The notes below the pieces were generated by a model. The model did no database searches. It saw nothing but the letters and a program-made list of their open reading frames with translations, and was not told where the DNA came from. Source: Muricomes sp. (GTDB lineage: Bacteria; Bacillota; Clostridia; Lachnospirales; Lachnospiraceae). Taken from it: 64,000 nucleotides of DNA. Within the stretch, counting starts at the first letter, position 1, and the number at the start of each line of letters is the position of its first letter. Position numbers and translations under genes: made by a program. The stretch spans positions 49,589 through 113,588 of the forward strand of contig JASGKW010000019.1 in assembly GCA_049840515.1 (NCBI GenBank). The letters are read 5' to 3'. Positions 30,085-39,090 of this stretch are shown in pieces.

Positions 30085-30800
30085 ATTTTATTAAATGTAG
30101 ACTGCAAAAAGTTATTAAATTCAACTCTAAATCCAGCCGCTCTCTTTTGTGCTAAAGGAATAATTGAACCATTTTCCATAAATATATCAAACCCTTTTAT
30201 AAGCTTTATATAAAGCATATTGACAATGAACCCCTTATGAGGTGAGTTAAAATCATATTTTTGAAATTTTTCGAGCAGTTCCTTCAAACTATATGATGAA
30301 ATATATTTTTCTCTGCTACAATTAATAATTACTCTTCTAGATGAATATTCAAAATAGTAAATATCATCTAAATCTAAGGTGACAGTACCTTCTTCTGTTT
30401 CAAACGCATATTTTTGTTTCTTTCTAGCATTATCCGAATATTGCACTGCTTCCAGCAAAGCACAGCAAATCTCATTTTCACAAACGGGTTTGCTAATATA
30501 ATCAAAGGCATGAACCTTATAGGAACTTTTTATGTAATGCTCATAATTTGTTACATATATTATTTTGCTATTCACATCCCATTTTCTTAACATCCTTGCC
30601 GTTTCAATACCATTTAAATTAGGCATTTCAATATCTAGGAAAATAATATCAAAACGAATATGTGATTCTAATAAATTAACTCCACTTATAAATTTAACAA
30701 CCAACACTGGCCTTCGTATATTATCAAACCATCCTTTAATGATAGCAAATAATTTCTCTCGTACAGATTCATCATCGTCGCATACTGCAACCTTAATCAC
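30081..30800 (-). CDS. agrA: LytTR-family response regulator (AgrA-like)
   Basis: Receiver domain (KVAVCDDD...IIFLDIEMP) plus a C-terminal LytTR DNA-binding domain; 239 aa. Confidence 0.88.
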   Translation of the reverse strand: MIKVAVCDDDESVREKLFAIIKGWFDNIRRPVLVVKFISGVNLLESHIRFDIIFLDIEMPNLNGIETARMLRKWDVNSKIIYVTNYEHYIKSSYKVHAFDYISKPVCENEICCALLEAVQYSDNARKKQKYAFETEEGTVTLDLDDIYYFEYSSRRVIINCSREKYISSYSLKELLEKFQKYDFNSPHKGFIVNMLYIKLIKGFDIFMENGSIIPLAQKRAAGFRVEFNNFLQSTFNKI

Positions 30801-30846
30801 TATATCACCCCATTCAATATCCTATAACCTTTCAATTATTATATAC

Positions 30847-30875
30847 TAAAAAAAGAATCTTTCCATCAGATTCTT
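30847..30875 (-). terminator. Intrinsic terminator after agrB
   Basis: On the minus strand: 8-bp stem AAGAATCT / AGATTCTT followed by UUUUUUU. Confidence 0.6.
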
Positions 30876-30886
30876 TTCCTCATTCT

Positions 30887-31450
30887 TTATTGATTCCCTT
30901 TTTGTCTCTCAATTTCACTCATTAATAACATCACTGTCTGAATAATCCAAGCACATGAAATTCCTTTCAAAATTACGTTCAAAAAGAATCCCGCCAAAGA
31001 AATACACCCAAAACCAATTAAATATTTATGAGTTTTTTTACGATAATCCACCATTTCGTTTTCTTCCAGGGGATTATTATCTGCCTCCTGCGGTGATAAA
31101 CTCCATATAGTATAGCCACAAATTAACATCATTGTATAAAGTATATATGTATCCAACCTTTGAAATATATTTAGCAAGATGAGTAAACAAATTGAGACAA
31201 TAATGGTACAACAGTAACACCCTGTCACTGACTTTGCGTGGTAGCCGCCAGAATACTCTCGCATACTGGCATATGCTACCAAAAAGATAAAAACACCCCA
31301 AAACTCGCCACCAATGAACCCAATAACCAAAAATAATAATATATGGATAATCTTTTTTATAAATATATTAAGGCCATACCGATATATCTCAGTTTTTTCT
31401 TCGTCAATCACTTCGCTTCTGATAAGAAAAGATAAAATCTTTTTTTCCAT
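30887..31450 (-). CDS. agrB: AgrB-family autoinducer-peptide processing membrane protease
   Basis: 187-aa polytopic membrane ORF with the AgrB signature region MREYSGGYHAKS..C. Confidence 0.85.
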   Translation of the reverse strand: MEKKILSFLIRSEVIDEEKTEIYRYGLNIFIKKIIHILLFLVIGFIGGEFWGVFIFLVAYASMREYSGGYHAKSVTGCYCCTIIVSICLLILLNIFQRLDTYILYTMMLICGYTIWSLSPQEADNNPLEENEMVDYRKKTHKYLIGFGCISLAGFFLNVILKGISCAWIIQTVMLLMSEIERQKGNQ

Positions 31451-31454
31451 GTCA

Positions 31455-31610
31455 CTACTTGTTGCTTTTCTTCATACTTTTTACGCTGTCTGGCATTTTA
31501 GGTTGTCCATGCAAAAAAATACATGCTGAATTAGCATTTTTTTCAGCCATCTTATAAGATGTTACCGCAATAACTTCTGCTAAAGCCTTTTTAATTTTCT
31601 TGTCCATCAT
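31455..31610 (-). CDS. agrD: AgrD-like autoinducing-peptide precursor (51 aa, unannotated)
   Basis: This ORF falls below the track cut-off: MMDKKIKKALAEVIAVTSYKMAEKNANSACIFLHGQPKMPDSVKSMKKSNK. It has an amphipathic N-terminus, a single Cys, then a QPxxP charged tail as in AgrD. The SD GGAGGA lies 6 nt upstream, and the stop is 4 nt before the agrB ATG. Confidence 0.65.
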   Translation of the reverse strand: MMDKKIKKALAEVIAVTSYKMAEKNANSACIFLHGQPKMPDSVKSMKKSNK

Positions 31611-31663
31611 AATTATTCCTCCATAATCAATATTTTTTATAAATCTAGTTAAAGTATATTTCC

Positions 31664-31921
31664 TTATTTTTCAAATTTCAACAAGCCTGTGTAAAATACG
31701 ATTTTTTTGTTCAAACTACGACTTTTTAATGCAATTTTTATCAAATTCCCCGAATACTCCTGAGATATAAGAATATCTATATCCTCTAATGCTAATTTCT
31801 TAAATTCATCTAAGACACATTGAGGCAATATCGATTCTACTACAATCCAAGGGACACAACATTGCCTATACACATGAATTCTAATATATAAACGGATATC
31901 CTTCTTATTTAAAACCTTCAA
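31664..31921 (-). CDS. Hypothetical protein (85 aa) upstream of agrD
   Basis: ORF on the same strand, 53 nt upstream of agrD and divergent from the XRE gene. I did not recognise a family. Confidence 0.35.
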   Translation of the reverse strand: MKVLNKKDIRLYIRIHVYRQCCVPWIVVESILPQCVLDEFKKLALEDIDILISQEYSGNLIKIALKSRSLNKKIVFYTGLLKFEK

Positions 31922-31977
31922 AGTTTATTTCTATTTAAAATTTCATGCCCTATAATTTAGCAAGATGGAGGTACTGT

Positions 31978-32223
31978 ATGTGCAGATTCGATAAGACAAT
32001 TATGGGAGAAAGAATTAGAGTACAACGTGAATCACTGAATATCAGTCGGGAGCAGTTTGCAGAAATGCTTGGTGTTACCACAAAATTCTGTGGTGATATT
32101 GAATCCGGTGCACGCGGTACATCGCCTCAAACGCTGACCAAAATTTTTGATTGTCTAATGCTCTCTACTGATTACATTCTATTTGGAGAATCATCAAAAA
32201 CAAGTGATCAAATTTTCCTTTGA
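31978..32223 (+). CDS. XRE-family HTH transcriptional regulator (in-frame TGA at 32221; frame continues to 32304)
   Basis: HTH region MGERIRVQRESLNISREQFAEMLGVTTKFCGDIESGARGTSPQTL. The SD GGAGG lies 6 nt before the ATG at 31978. After the TGA, the same frame reads AINLCPETKKTHLLTVIEKIIESYNA*. Confidence 0.8.
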   Translation: MCRFDKTIMGERIRVQRESLNISREQFAEMLGVTTKFCGDIESGARGTSPQTLTKIFDCLMLSTDYILFGESSKTSDQIFL

Positions 32224-32366
32224 GCAATTAACTTATGCCCCGAAACAAAGAAAACACATTTGCTTACTGTTATAGAGAAAATTATTGAAAGCTACAATGC
32301 ATAAAATATTCAATAAAACTATATTTATCCATTATTATTTTATGATATGTTATTCTCCCTAAAAGT

Positions 32367-32394
32367 TTATCCGCCGGAATATTTCGGCGGATAA
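32367..32394. terminator. Bidirectional terminator between the XRE gene and the permease gene
   Basis: Perfect 10-bp stem TTATCCGCCG / CGGCGGATAA with an 8-nt loop. Confidence 0.6.
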
Positions 32395-32465
32395 ATTAAT
32401 TATGTAAAAACAAAATATGTTTATTATCTGAGACTTTTCCTAAATAATGTCCTATTTTAAATTTA

Positions 32466-35094
32466 TCACCCGTCATTTCTCAATTGCTCTATTGCACTTT
32501 TTCGAGATGTTTTCCTATAGACAACCTGTGGTAGCAAAACACAAAAAAGCAACAGAATGACAGCCACAATAATCAGCTCTTTTACAGGATAAACAAACCG
32601 AAAATAGGAAAGATTTCTCTTAATCATGAAGCCTACTCCCCAAATCAACAATGAACCTATGCTCAGTAAAGCTGCAAGCAAAATCCCCCAATAATATAAT
32701 CCTTCCATTATCATCATTTTTTTCAATTGCTTTTTTGTCATTCCAACACTCTCCATGATTACAAATTCCTTTTTTCTGGAAACCATATTAGTAATAATTA
32801 CATTCAAATAGTTAATAATCCCCAACAAAAGCAGACTTAGGCAAAGTGCAAACATTACGGTCCTTGTGTTATTCACATAATCTTCCATCCTTGCCCTTTC
32901 ATCTGAAGTGCTGAAAAGAGAATAAATATTAACTGCTTTTTGTTCGCTGTTCTTTTTTTTGATCAGTTCTGTCAGTTTTGCCTTTGCTAATGCCTCTTGT
33001 CCCTTTTTTGCATTTATTGAAAAACCAAATATCTGCTTTGGAAAATGAAGCCTCTCAAACCCTTTCTCACCAATAAGGAAATAATTAATGCCTTCTCCAT
33101 TCCAACTCATATCTAATGGAGGAAACCCTTTTATGGTTGTATCAAGATAACCGGAACAAACAAACTCCACTCCTTTATCTTCCGGATTCCCCTCTCCATC
33201 CATGGAATAAACTTGAGCAGGCATTCCATTTATTCCTTTTGCATTTAACTCTGACATTTCAGATAATTGATGTTTGTGCAGCACCAGTATACCAGTTCCA
33301 TTGCTTAAACTGTCTATATCAATGTCCAATTGATTCTTTCTTATATAATTTTCTAGTTTTTGAATATACTTGTCACTTACCACTTGTATTGTCATTGACG
33401 TATTACTTGTTCCACTTGCATACCCTGCTTCTTCAAGTGGCTGTACATATTCATCTGAGAAATCATATGAACCATAACATCCCCATATTTCTTTTACGCT
33501 ATTTTTGTCCAGTTCCTCCATATTTTCTATTTCTTTCATAAGACTTTCATCAAACAATGGTTTCTCTCTATCTACATGGAGCTGCTCCACCTTACTATAT
33601 GGAAATATATAAGCATTTACTGCGTCTTTCTGCGTACCTATTTCAAAATCTGATTTCTGAGAAAGTTGGTTCATTGTATCAGTGCCTGTTGAAATAAATG
33701 CAGCCAAGAGTGCCATCTCACATCCCACGAATAAAGCTATCAATGTAATCAAAAGCTTAGGCTTAGAACGAAATAAATTGTATCGGGCCATCCTCCCTAT
33801 TGACGCTCCCTTTCTTGATTTTGTTTTTCTATGGGGAAATACAGGAGACTGCACTATATCTATATGCTTCAATCGGGCTTAATTGTTTCAATTTTCTCAT
33901 GGTGTGTCCATTAGCCAATAACATCAGAACAATCACAATCAAAATTGCCCCCATCAAAATCTGAGGATACAGTATTGTCTGGATACTTATCTTTCCATTT
34001 TGCTGGAGAAACAAGCTACGAAATAATATGGGGAATCCTATTCCGCCAATCAAAAGACTGGCAATCCCCCCAATAATAGAACCCTTCACAATAATCTCTT
34101 TATTTTGTCTAAACAACAGTTTTTTGACCTGTTTTTGAGTAACACCAATTGTGAAAAGCAGACCATAATATTGAATATCTTTGGTAAAGGAAATAGAAAG
34201 CACATTATATATCAAAAGGTAAACACTCAGCAAAACAATAATGGTACATAAAACTGCAATCCCATATCCACCTATAAACTGATTCACAGCCTGAAAGCTG
34301 ATGGAATAACCTCCGACAAATTGTTGATTTTCATCTGTCAATGGTACATCTTGATACAACTGTCGTTCCATCTGGATATCACTTAAAAATTTCGATTTAA
34401 ATGTTATGAGTAACTTTTCAGGATATTTTGCTATTTCTTTCTCTTCCAAGTATTTTTCAGATAAATATACAGTTGGTATATTTTCTGATTCTTTTATGTA
34501 GTCATTATAATATCCGGATAACACAAATTCCTCTGTCAGTCCATTGCCATCGTTAACAGACCAACTTTTAAACTGGATGGGAACAGATAGTTTCATTCCA
34601 ATTTGAGGCTCCTGAATACCCAAACTTTCAAATAGTTTTTTCGGCAGCATTATTTCCTTTTTATCTGCCGGATAATGTCCTACGATTCCATCATAAGCAG
34701 GTTTTACAATTTTTTCATATCCAATTTTATCAAGAACCTTACATGTTGCAAAAGGTGTATCATTCTGAATCCAATCCCCTACGCTACACTCCTGTCCCAC
34801 ATATTCAATATAATCCAAATTCATTATTTTTTCATATTGTTCTTCTTTTGCATTGACTAAATAGGCAGATGCCGCACTGCCATTTTCCCGCAGGTTTTTT
34901 ATAGAATCAATAACAACCTTACCTTTTGCTACACTAAATACAGAGAAGAGCACAAATATCGCCAGAACTACTGCAAAAATCAAAATCTTATTACGATTGC
35001 GGTTTGCTTTTCTACTTGCACTTACGAGCTCCTGTATATCATCATTTTTTTTAGAATTTTTCATAAGTTGCCTCATATTATACGATTCTTCCAT
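32466..35094 (-). pseudogene. ABC transporter permease with two FtsX domains (about 880 aa), split by a 1-nt frameshift
   Basis: ORFs 33829-35094 and 32466-33872 overlap. Each has an extracytoplasmic domain plus an FtsX-type 4-TM bundle. The junction reads ...KLKQLSPIEAYRYS / SPVFPHRKTKSRKGASIGRMARYNLFRSKPK. Confidence 0.8.
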
Positions 35095-35740
35095 CTTCTA
35101 TCTGAATCACCCGATCTGACATGTCTGCAATTTTTTCATCATGTGTAATAATAGCCATTGTTTGATGATATTTCTTTGCCATTGCTTTCATAAGATGAAT
35201 TACTTTTTCACTGGTTTTGGAATCCAAGTTCCCCGTAGGTTCATCTGCCAATATAATAGCAGGCCGTGTTACCAGGGCTCTCGCAATTGCTGCCCTTTGT
35301 TGTTGCCCTCCAGACAATTCAGCAGGCATCTGATAAAGTTTTTCTTCTATGCTTAATTCCACTGCAAGTTGTTCAATAAATTCTTCATCAATAACTTCGC
35401 CATCCAGCTTAACTGGTAATGCAATATTCTCATATACATTCAATATTGGCACAAGATTATAGTTTTGAAATACAAATCCAATATTAGACCGTCGGAAAAT
35501 AGTAAGATCTTCACCATTCATAGATGACAAGACTTTCCCTTTCACAGATACCAGACCAGATGACGGATAATCTAAACCGCCCAACATGTTTAACAATGTT
35601 GATTTTCCACTTCCAGATGCTCCTGAAATAGCTATAAACTCGCCTTCATCAATAGATAAGTTGACATTATCTATTGCCTTGACTTCAATGTTACCGGTAG
35701 TATACACTTTGTTTAAGGAAACCGCTTTCATAATTTCCAT
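35078..35740 (-). CDS. ABC transporter ATP-binding protein (MacB/LolD-like)
   Basis: Walker A GASGSGKST, signature LSGGQQQR and Walker B ILADEPT. It overlaps the permease start. Confidence 0.9.
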   Translation of the reverse strand: MEIMKAVSLNKVYTTGNIEVKAIDNVNLSIDEGEFIAISGASGSGKSTLLNMLGGLDYPSSGLVSVKGKVLSSMNGEDLTIFRRSNIGFVFQNYNLVPILNVYENIALPVKLDGEVIDEEFIEQLAVELSIEEKLYQMPAELSGGQQQRAAIARALVTRPAIILADEPTGNLDSKTSEKVIHLMKAMAKKYHQTMAIITHDEKIADMSDRVIQIEDGRIV

Positions 35741-35782
35741 AAATCCTCCTTTTGAATCTGCACTGTAAAAACTATTTCAACA

Positions 35783-36448
35783 TCAGTTTATATATTTATC
35801 AAGAGGAGCTTTATCTACTCCTAAAAAATTTAAAATTTGAATGTCACCAAAATAATAAGACTCTATTTGCCCATTTTTAATATGAAACAAAGTGGGAACC
35901 GCTGCTATTACCAGATTTTCATCTGACACATTTGTATAATCTATAATTGGTGATTCTCTGACAGCATATATTTTTCCTTCTTCTTTTCCAGCATTTAGTT
36001 CCACAAATTCTTTATCTGCTTTTTTTATACTATAATCAAGAGGGGAATATCTTTCTTTCAAATTTGCCTCCGTAAGCCCATCCTGTAAAATCATTTTTCC
36101 TTTAACAACTTTACCTATCTCTTTGTCATATGCTTTATGGTGTTCATCCCAGTTATAATCCTTTATTCCTTCATTTCCTTCTGCTCTTGTATCTAACACA
36201 TATAGTTGATTGTTTCTTGCAAATTCGATAATTTCATCTCTTACATTATCACAATATGGACACCCTGCTCTTTGCGCATATACATAATAATCATCTTGCT
36301 CTTCCAAAAATTTGTTCACACTTGTTGTTTGCAAATCTTTATAGGGATTATCCGGAGCCCCTTTCACCCCTTGATAAAGCAAATATACGCCTCCACCTAT
36401 AATCATTACTAGAAATAAAATTCCTAACATATACATTTTTCTTCTCAT
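35783..36448 (-). CDS. Membrane-anchored thioredoxin-like protein (CPYC), bacteriocin-accessory-type
   Basis: N-terminal TM helix, CPYC at residues 63-66 and the cis-Pro motif VPT at 184-186. It lies between the C39 exporter and the ABC ATPase. Confidence 0.6.
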   Translation of the reverse strand: MRRKMYMLGILFLVMIIGGGVYLLYQGVKGAPDNPYKDLQTTSVNKFLEEQDDYYVYAQRAGCPYCDNVRDEIIEFARNNQLYVLDTRAEGNEGIKDYNWDEHHKAYDKEIGKVVKGKMILQDGLTEANLKERYSPLDYSIKKADKEFVELNAGKEEGKIYAVRESPIIDYTNVSDENLVIAAVPTLFHIKNGQIESYYFGDIQILNFLGVDKAPLDKYIN

Positions 36449-36495
36449 ATGTATGTACCTTTTATGGATTTCTCCATTTCCCTTCTTTTAGTATA

Positions 36496-38682
36496 TTATT
36501 GCCCTAGCAGCCTACAATAAATTCCTCCATTATCAATGAGTTCTTGATGGTGTCCATATTCTCTAATAACACCCTTTTCCAATACATAAATCATATCACA
36601 AGATTTTGCAATATTAGTTCTATGAGTAACAATAATGATTGTTGTGTTTGGTAAATACTGTTTTATTGCATTATTTATATTTTTTTCTAAATCAAAATTT
36701 AAATTACTAGTTGCCTCATCTAAAATTAAAATATGGGGGATTTTCAATATTGCACGCGCAATCATTAAACGCTGTTTTTGACCAGTTGATAGGTTACTTC
36801 CTCCCTCTTCCAATATAGTGTTATATTGTAAGGGTAACTCCATAATAAACTCGTGAATGTAGACTAACTTACAAACTTCAAACACGTCCTTTTCATTAAT
36901 ATTTGTATTTCCTAATAACAAATTATCCATTATAGAAATACTAAATAGAAATGTTTCTTGTGACACATAAACGATTCGTTCTCTTAACCATTCTGTATCA
37001 ATTTTGTCTATATTTTTTTCTCCAATAGTAATATAGCCATTTTCAAGTTTATATAATTTCATTAATAATTTCGTGATTGTAGATTTTCCGGAACCACTTT
37101 CTCCAATTATTGCGACATTAGATTTGGCCTTAATGTTTAAGCAAAAATTGTGAAGAACATTCTTCTCTGGATTATAGCCAAACGAAACCCCATCAAAGCA
37201 AATATCTTTTTGCAATATATCCAAATCTATTTCTTCTTCGCCCTCTGTAAATGTACATTCCTCTAAATCCAAATCCATAATTTCTTGTATTCTCTCTGTT
37301 GCCACAAGAGCTGTTTGTAACTGAGCTTGCATACCTATTAGATTTCTAATAGGATCGAAGAAGTATATAATTAATGCATTAAAGGTTATTAATTCGCCTA
37401 ACGTGAGCCTATTTAAGAAAATAAATATTACACCCATACCGAGAATGATTATTTCTCCAGTAAATCCAATCCAACTCTTTAATCCATATTGGAGGTTTTC
37501 TAAGCTTCCTAATTTATACATACTTTCTAAATAAGAATTAAATTTCTTTTTAACCATTTCAAAAGCATATGATTTTGCATTATATACTTTAACAGTCATT
37601 ATTCCATTAAGAAAATCTAAGATTCCAGACATTGTCTGTGCCTCATTTACAAGTTGATTTTTGCTGTATGTATCATATTTTTTTCTAAAAAGTATGGCAA
37701 CAATTATATAAAGAAAACACATAACCATCAACCCTAAAAACATTTCCTTATTTTGATAGTACAATATAAACCCTGCTACTATTACTGCAATAATATCAAT
37801 AAAAACTGTAAGGACTATCTTTGATAATAAATCTTGTATAACTGCAGCATCTTGGAATCTTGCAACTAATTCACCTACCCTGCGGTTATCAAAGAATTTT
37901 TGTTGCATTTTCAACAAATGACTATAAAAATCCATAGAAATCTTATTATTTATATGTTTTCCTAGTACCAATGATATATTTATTCGTAAAACATTTAAAA
38001 TTACTTTAGCTATAGTTAAAAGAAGAAAAGCCTCAACAACCAGAACCAAACTCTGAAATGCATATTCAGGCAAGATTTTATCTATTAGTATTTTATAATA
38101 AAATGCTGAGCCTATATTAATCACAGTATATAACAATGAAGTTGCAATAATAAAACAACATATTTTTTTATCTGAACTAAGTACCTCTAAAAGAAATAGG
38201 AATTTAGACGGCTTTTGATATTTTTCCCCAAACTCTTCTGTTGGTGACAATACTACCAAAACTCCAGTCCATTTATATTGTTTTTTACTCACTTTACAAG
38301 TTTCCAATTTCCTAAAAGAATCCCTAGACAATTTGATGATACCCTGAGCAGGGTCTGAAATAATAATTTTATCTTTTTCTATTTTTAAAATAACCACATA
38401 ATGTAATAAATCATTATCTACAATTACATGTGAAATACAGGGTAATGGAATGTTATCCATGTTATCCGTCTCATCCTGTATACATCTCATTGCATCAACT
38501 TTAAATCCAATAGATTGTGCACCTGAAATAAGGCCCTTAAGGCTAGTTCCCGTTGTATTAGTTCCCATTTCTTCTCTTAGCCTAGCTATTGACACATTTC
38601 CTTTATAAAACTTTGTAATAATAGCTAAGCATGTCGGACCACAATCAGACATATCATGTTGCTTTATATTAACAAATCTCAT
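36496..38682 (-). CDS. Peptidase C39 domain-containing ABC exporter (bacteriocin/competence-peptide type, ComA/LagD-like)
   Basis: N-terminal C39 motif QHDMSDCGPTCLAII, six TM helices, Walker A GESGSGKST, signature LSTGQKQR and Walker B LILDEATS. The ATG at 38682 follows GGAAGGGA. Confidence 0.9.
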   Translation of the reverse strand: MRFVNIKQHDMSDCGPTCLAIITKFYKGNVSIARLREEMGTNTTGTSLKGLISGAQSIGFKVDAMRCIQDETDNMDNIPLPCISHVIVDNDLLHYVVILKIEKDKIIISDPAQGIIKLSRDSFRKLETCKVSKKQYKWTGVLVVLSPTEEFGEKYQKPSKFLFLLEVLSSDKKICCFIIATSLLYTVINIGSAFYYKILIDKILPEYAFQSLVLVVEAFLLLTIAKVILNVLRINISLVLGKHINNKISMDFYSHLLKMQQKFFDNRRVGELVARFQDAAVIQDLLSKIVLTVFIDIIAVIVAGFILYYQNKEMFLGLMVMCFLYIIVAILFRKKYDTYSKNQLVNEAQTMSGILDFLNGIMTVKVYNAKSYAFEMVKKKFNSYLESMYKLGSLENLQYGLKSWIGFTGEIIILGMGVIFIFLNRLTLGELITFNALIIYFFDPIRNLIGMQAQLQTALVATERIQEIMDLDLEECTFTEGEEEIDLDILQKDICFDGVSFGYNPEKNVLHNFCLNIKAKSNVAIIGESGSGKSTITKLLMKLYKLENGYITIGEKNIDKIDTEWLRERIVYVSQETFLFSISIMDNLLLGNTNINEKDVFEVCKLVYIHEFIMELPLQYNTILEEGGSNLSTGQKQRLMIARAILKIPHILILDEATSNLNFDLEKNINNAIKQYLPNTTIIIVTHRTNIAKSCDMIYVLEKGVIREYGHHQELIDNGGIYCRLLGQ

Positions 38683-38732
38683 TTTTTTCCCTTCCAACTG
38701 AATATTTATTTCGATTTTATGTTTTACTAAGA

Positions 38733-38786
38733 AAATAACTCCTTATGAATTTATGGATATGACCATACCTTCAAAAGGAGTTATTT
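38733..38786 (-). promoter_or_regulatory. 12-bp-stem hairpin between the peptide gene and the exporter (possible attenuator or processing site)
   Basis: On the minus strand: AAATAACTCCTT, a 30-nt loop, AAGGAGTTATTT, then UCUU. Confidence 0.35.
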
Positions 38787-38828
38787 ATACCCTTATGGAA
38801 CTATCCAATGAATTTTTTTGCAATAACC

Positions 38829-39008
38829 TTAGAAATATTGAGAGCAGTTGTGCTCATAGCAATATTTGATATATGCTTTCTGCTGCTCGTATGTTAATGC
38901 GTTAAATGTTCTCTGAAATTCAGCTCGTGATCTTGGGCAAGAAAAACCTCCACCAGTAATTCCTTCCATTTCTTCTGATGTTAAAACACAAAATCCTTTA
39001 ATAGCCAT
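38829..39008 (-). CDS. Double-glycine-leader peptide precursor (59 aa, unannotated)
   Basis: The sequence is MAIKGFCVLTSEEMEGITGG / GFSCPRSRAEFQRTFNALTYEQQKAYIKYCYEHNCSQYF. The leader fits LSxxELxxIxGG. The SD GGAGG lies 7 nt upstream, a promoter lies 55 nt upstream, and the C39 exporter follows directly. Confidence 0.7.
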   Translation of the reverse strand: MAIKGFCVLTSEEMEGITGGGFSCPRSRAEFQRTFNALTYEQQKAYIKYCYEHNCSQYF

Positions 39009-39061
39009 ACTGTTACCTCCTTTTTTGATTTTTTTATTTAACTTAGTTCTAAGTTGGTGTA

Positions 39062-39090
39062 ATTATAAAATTCAATTCTTGTTTCGTCAA
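39062..39090 (-). promoter_or_regulatory. Sigma-A-type promoter of the GG-leader peptide gene
   Basis: On the minus strand: TTGACG (39085-39090), a 17-nt spacer, then TATAAT (39062-39067). Confidence 0.5.
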
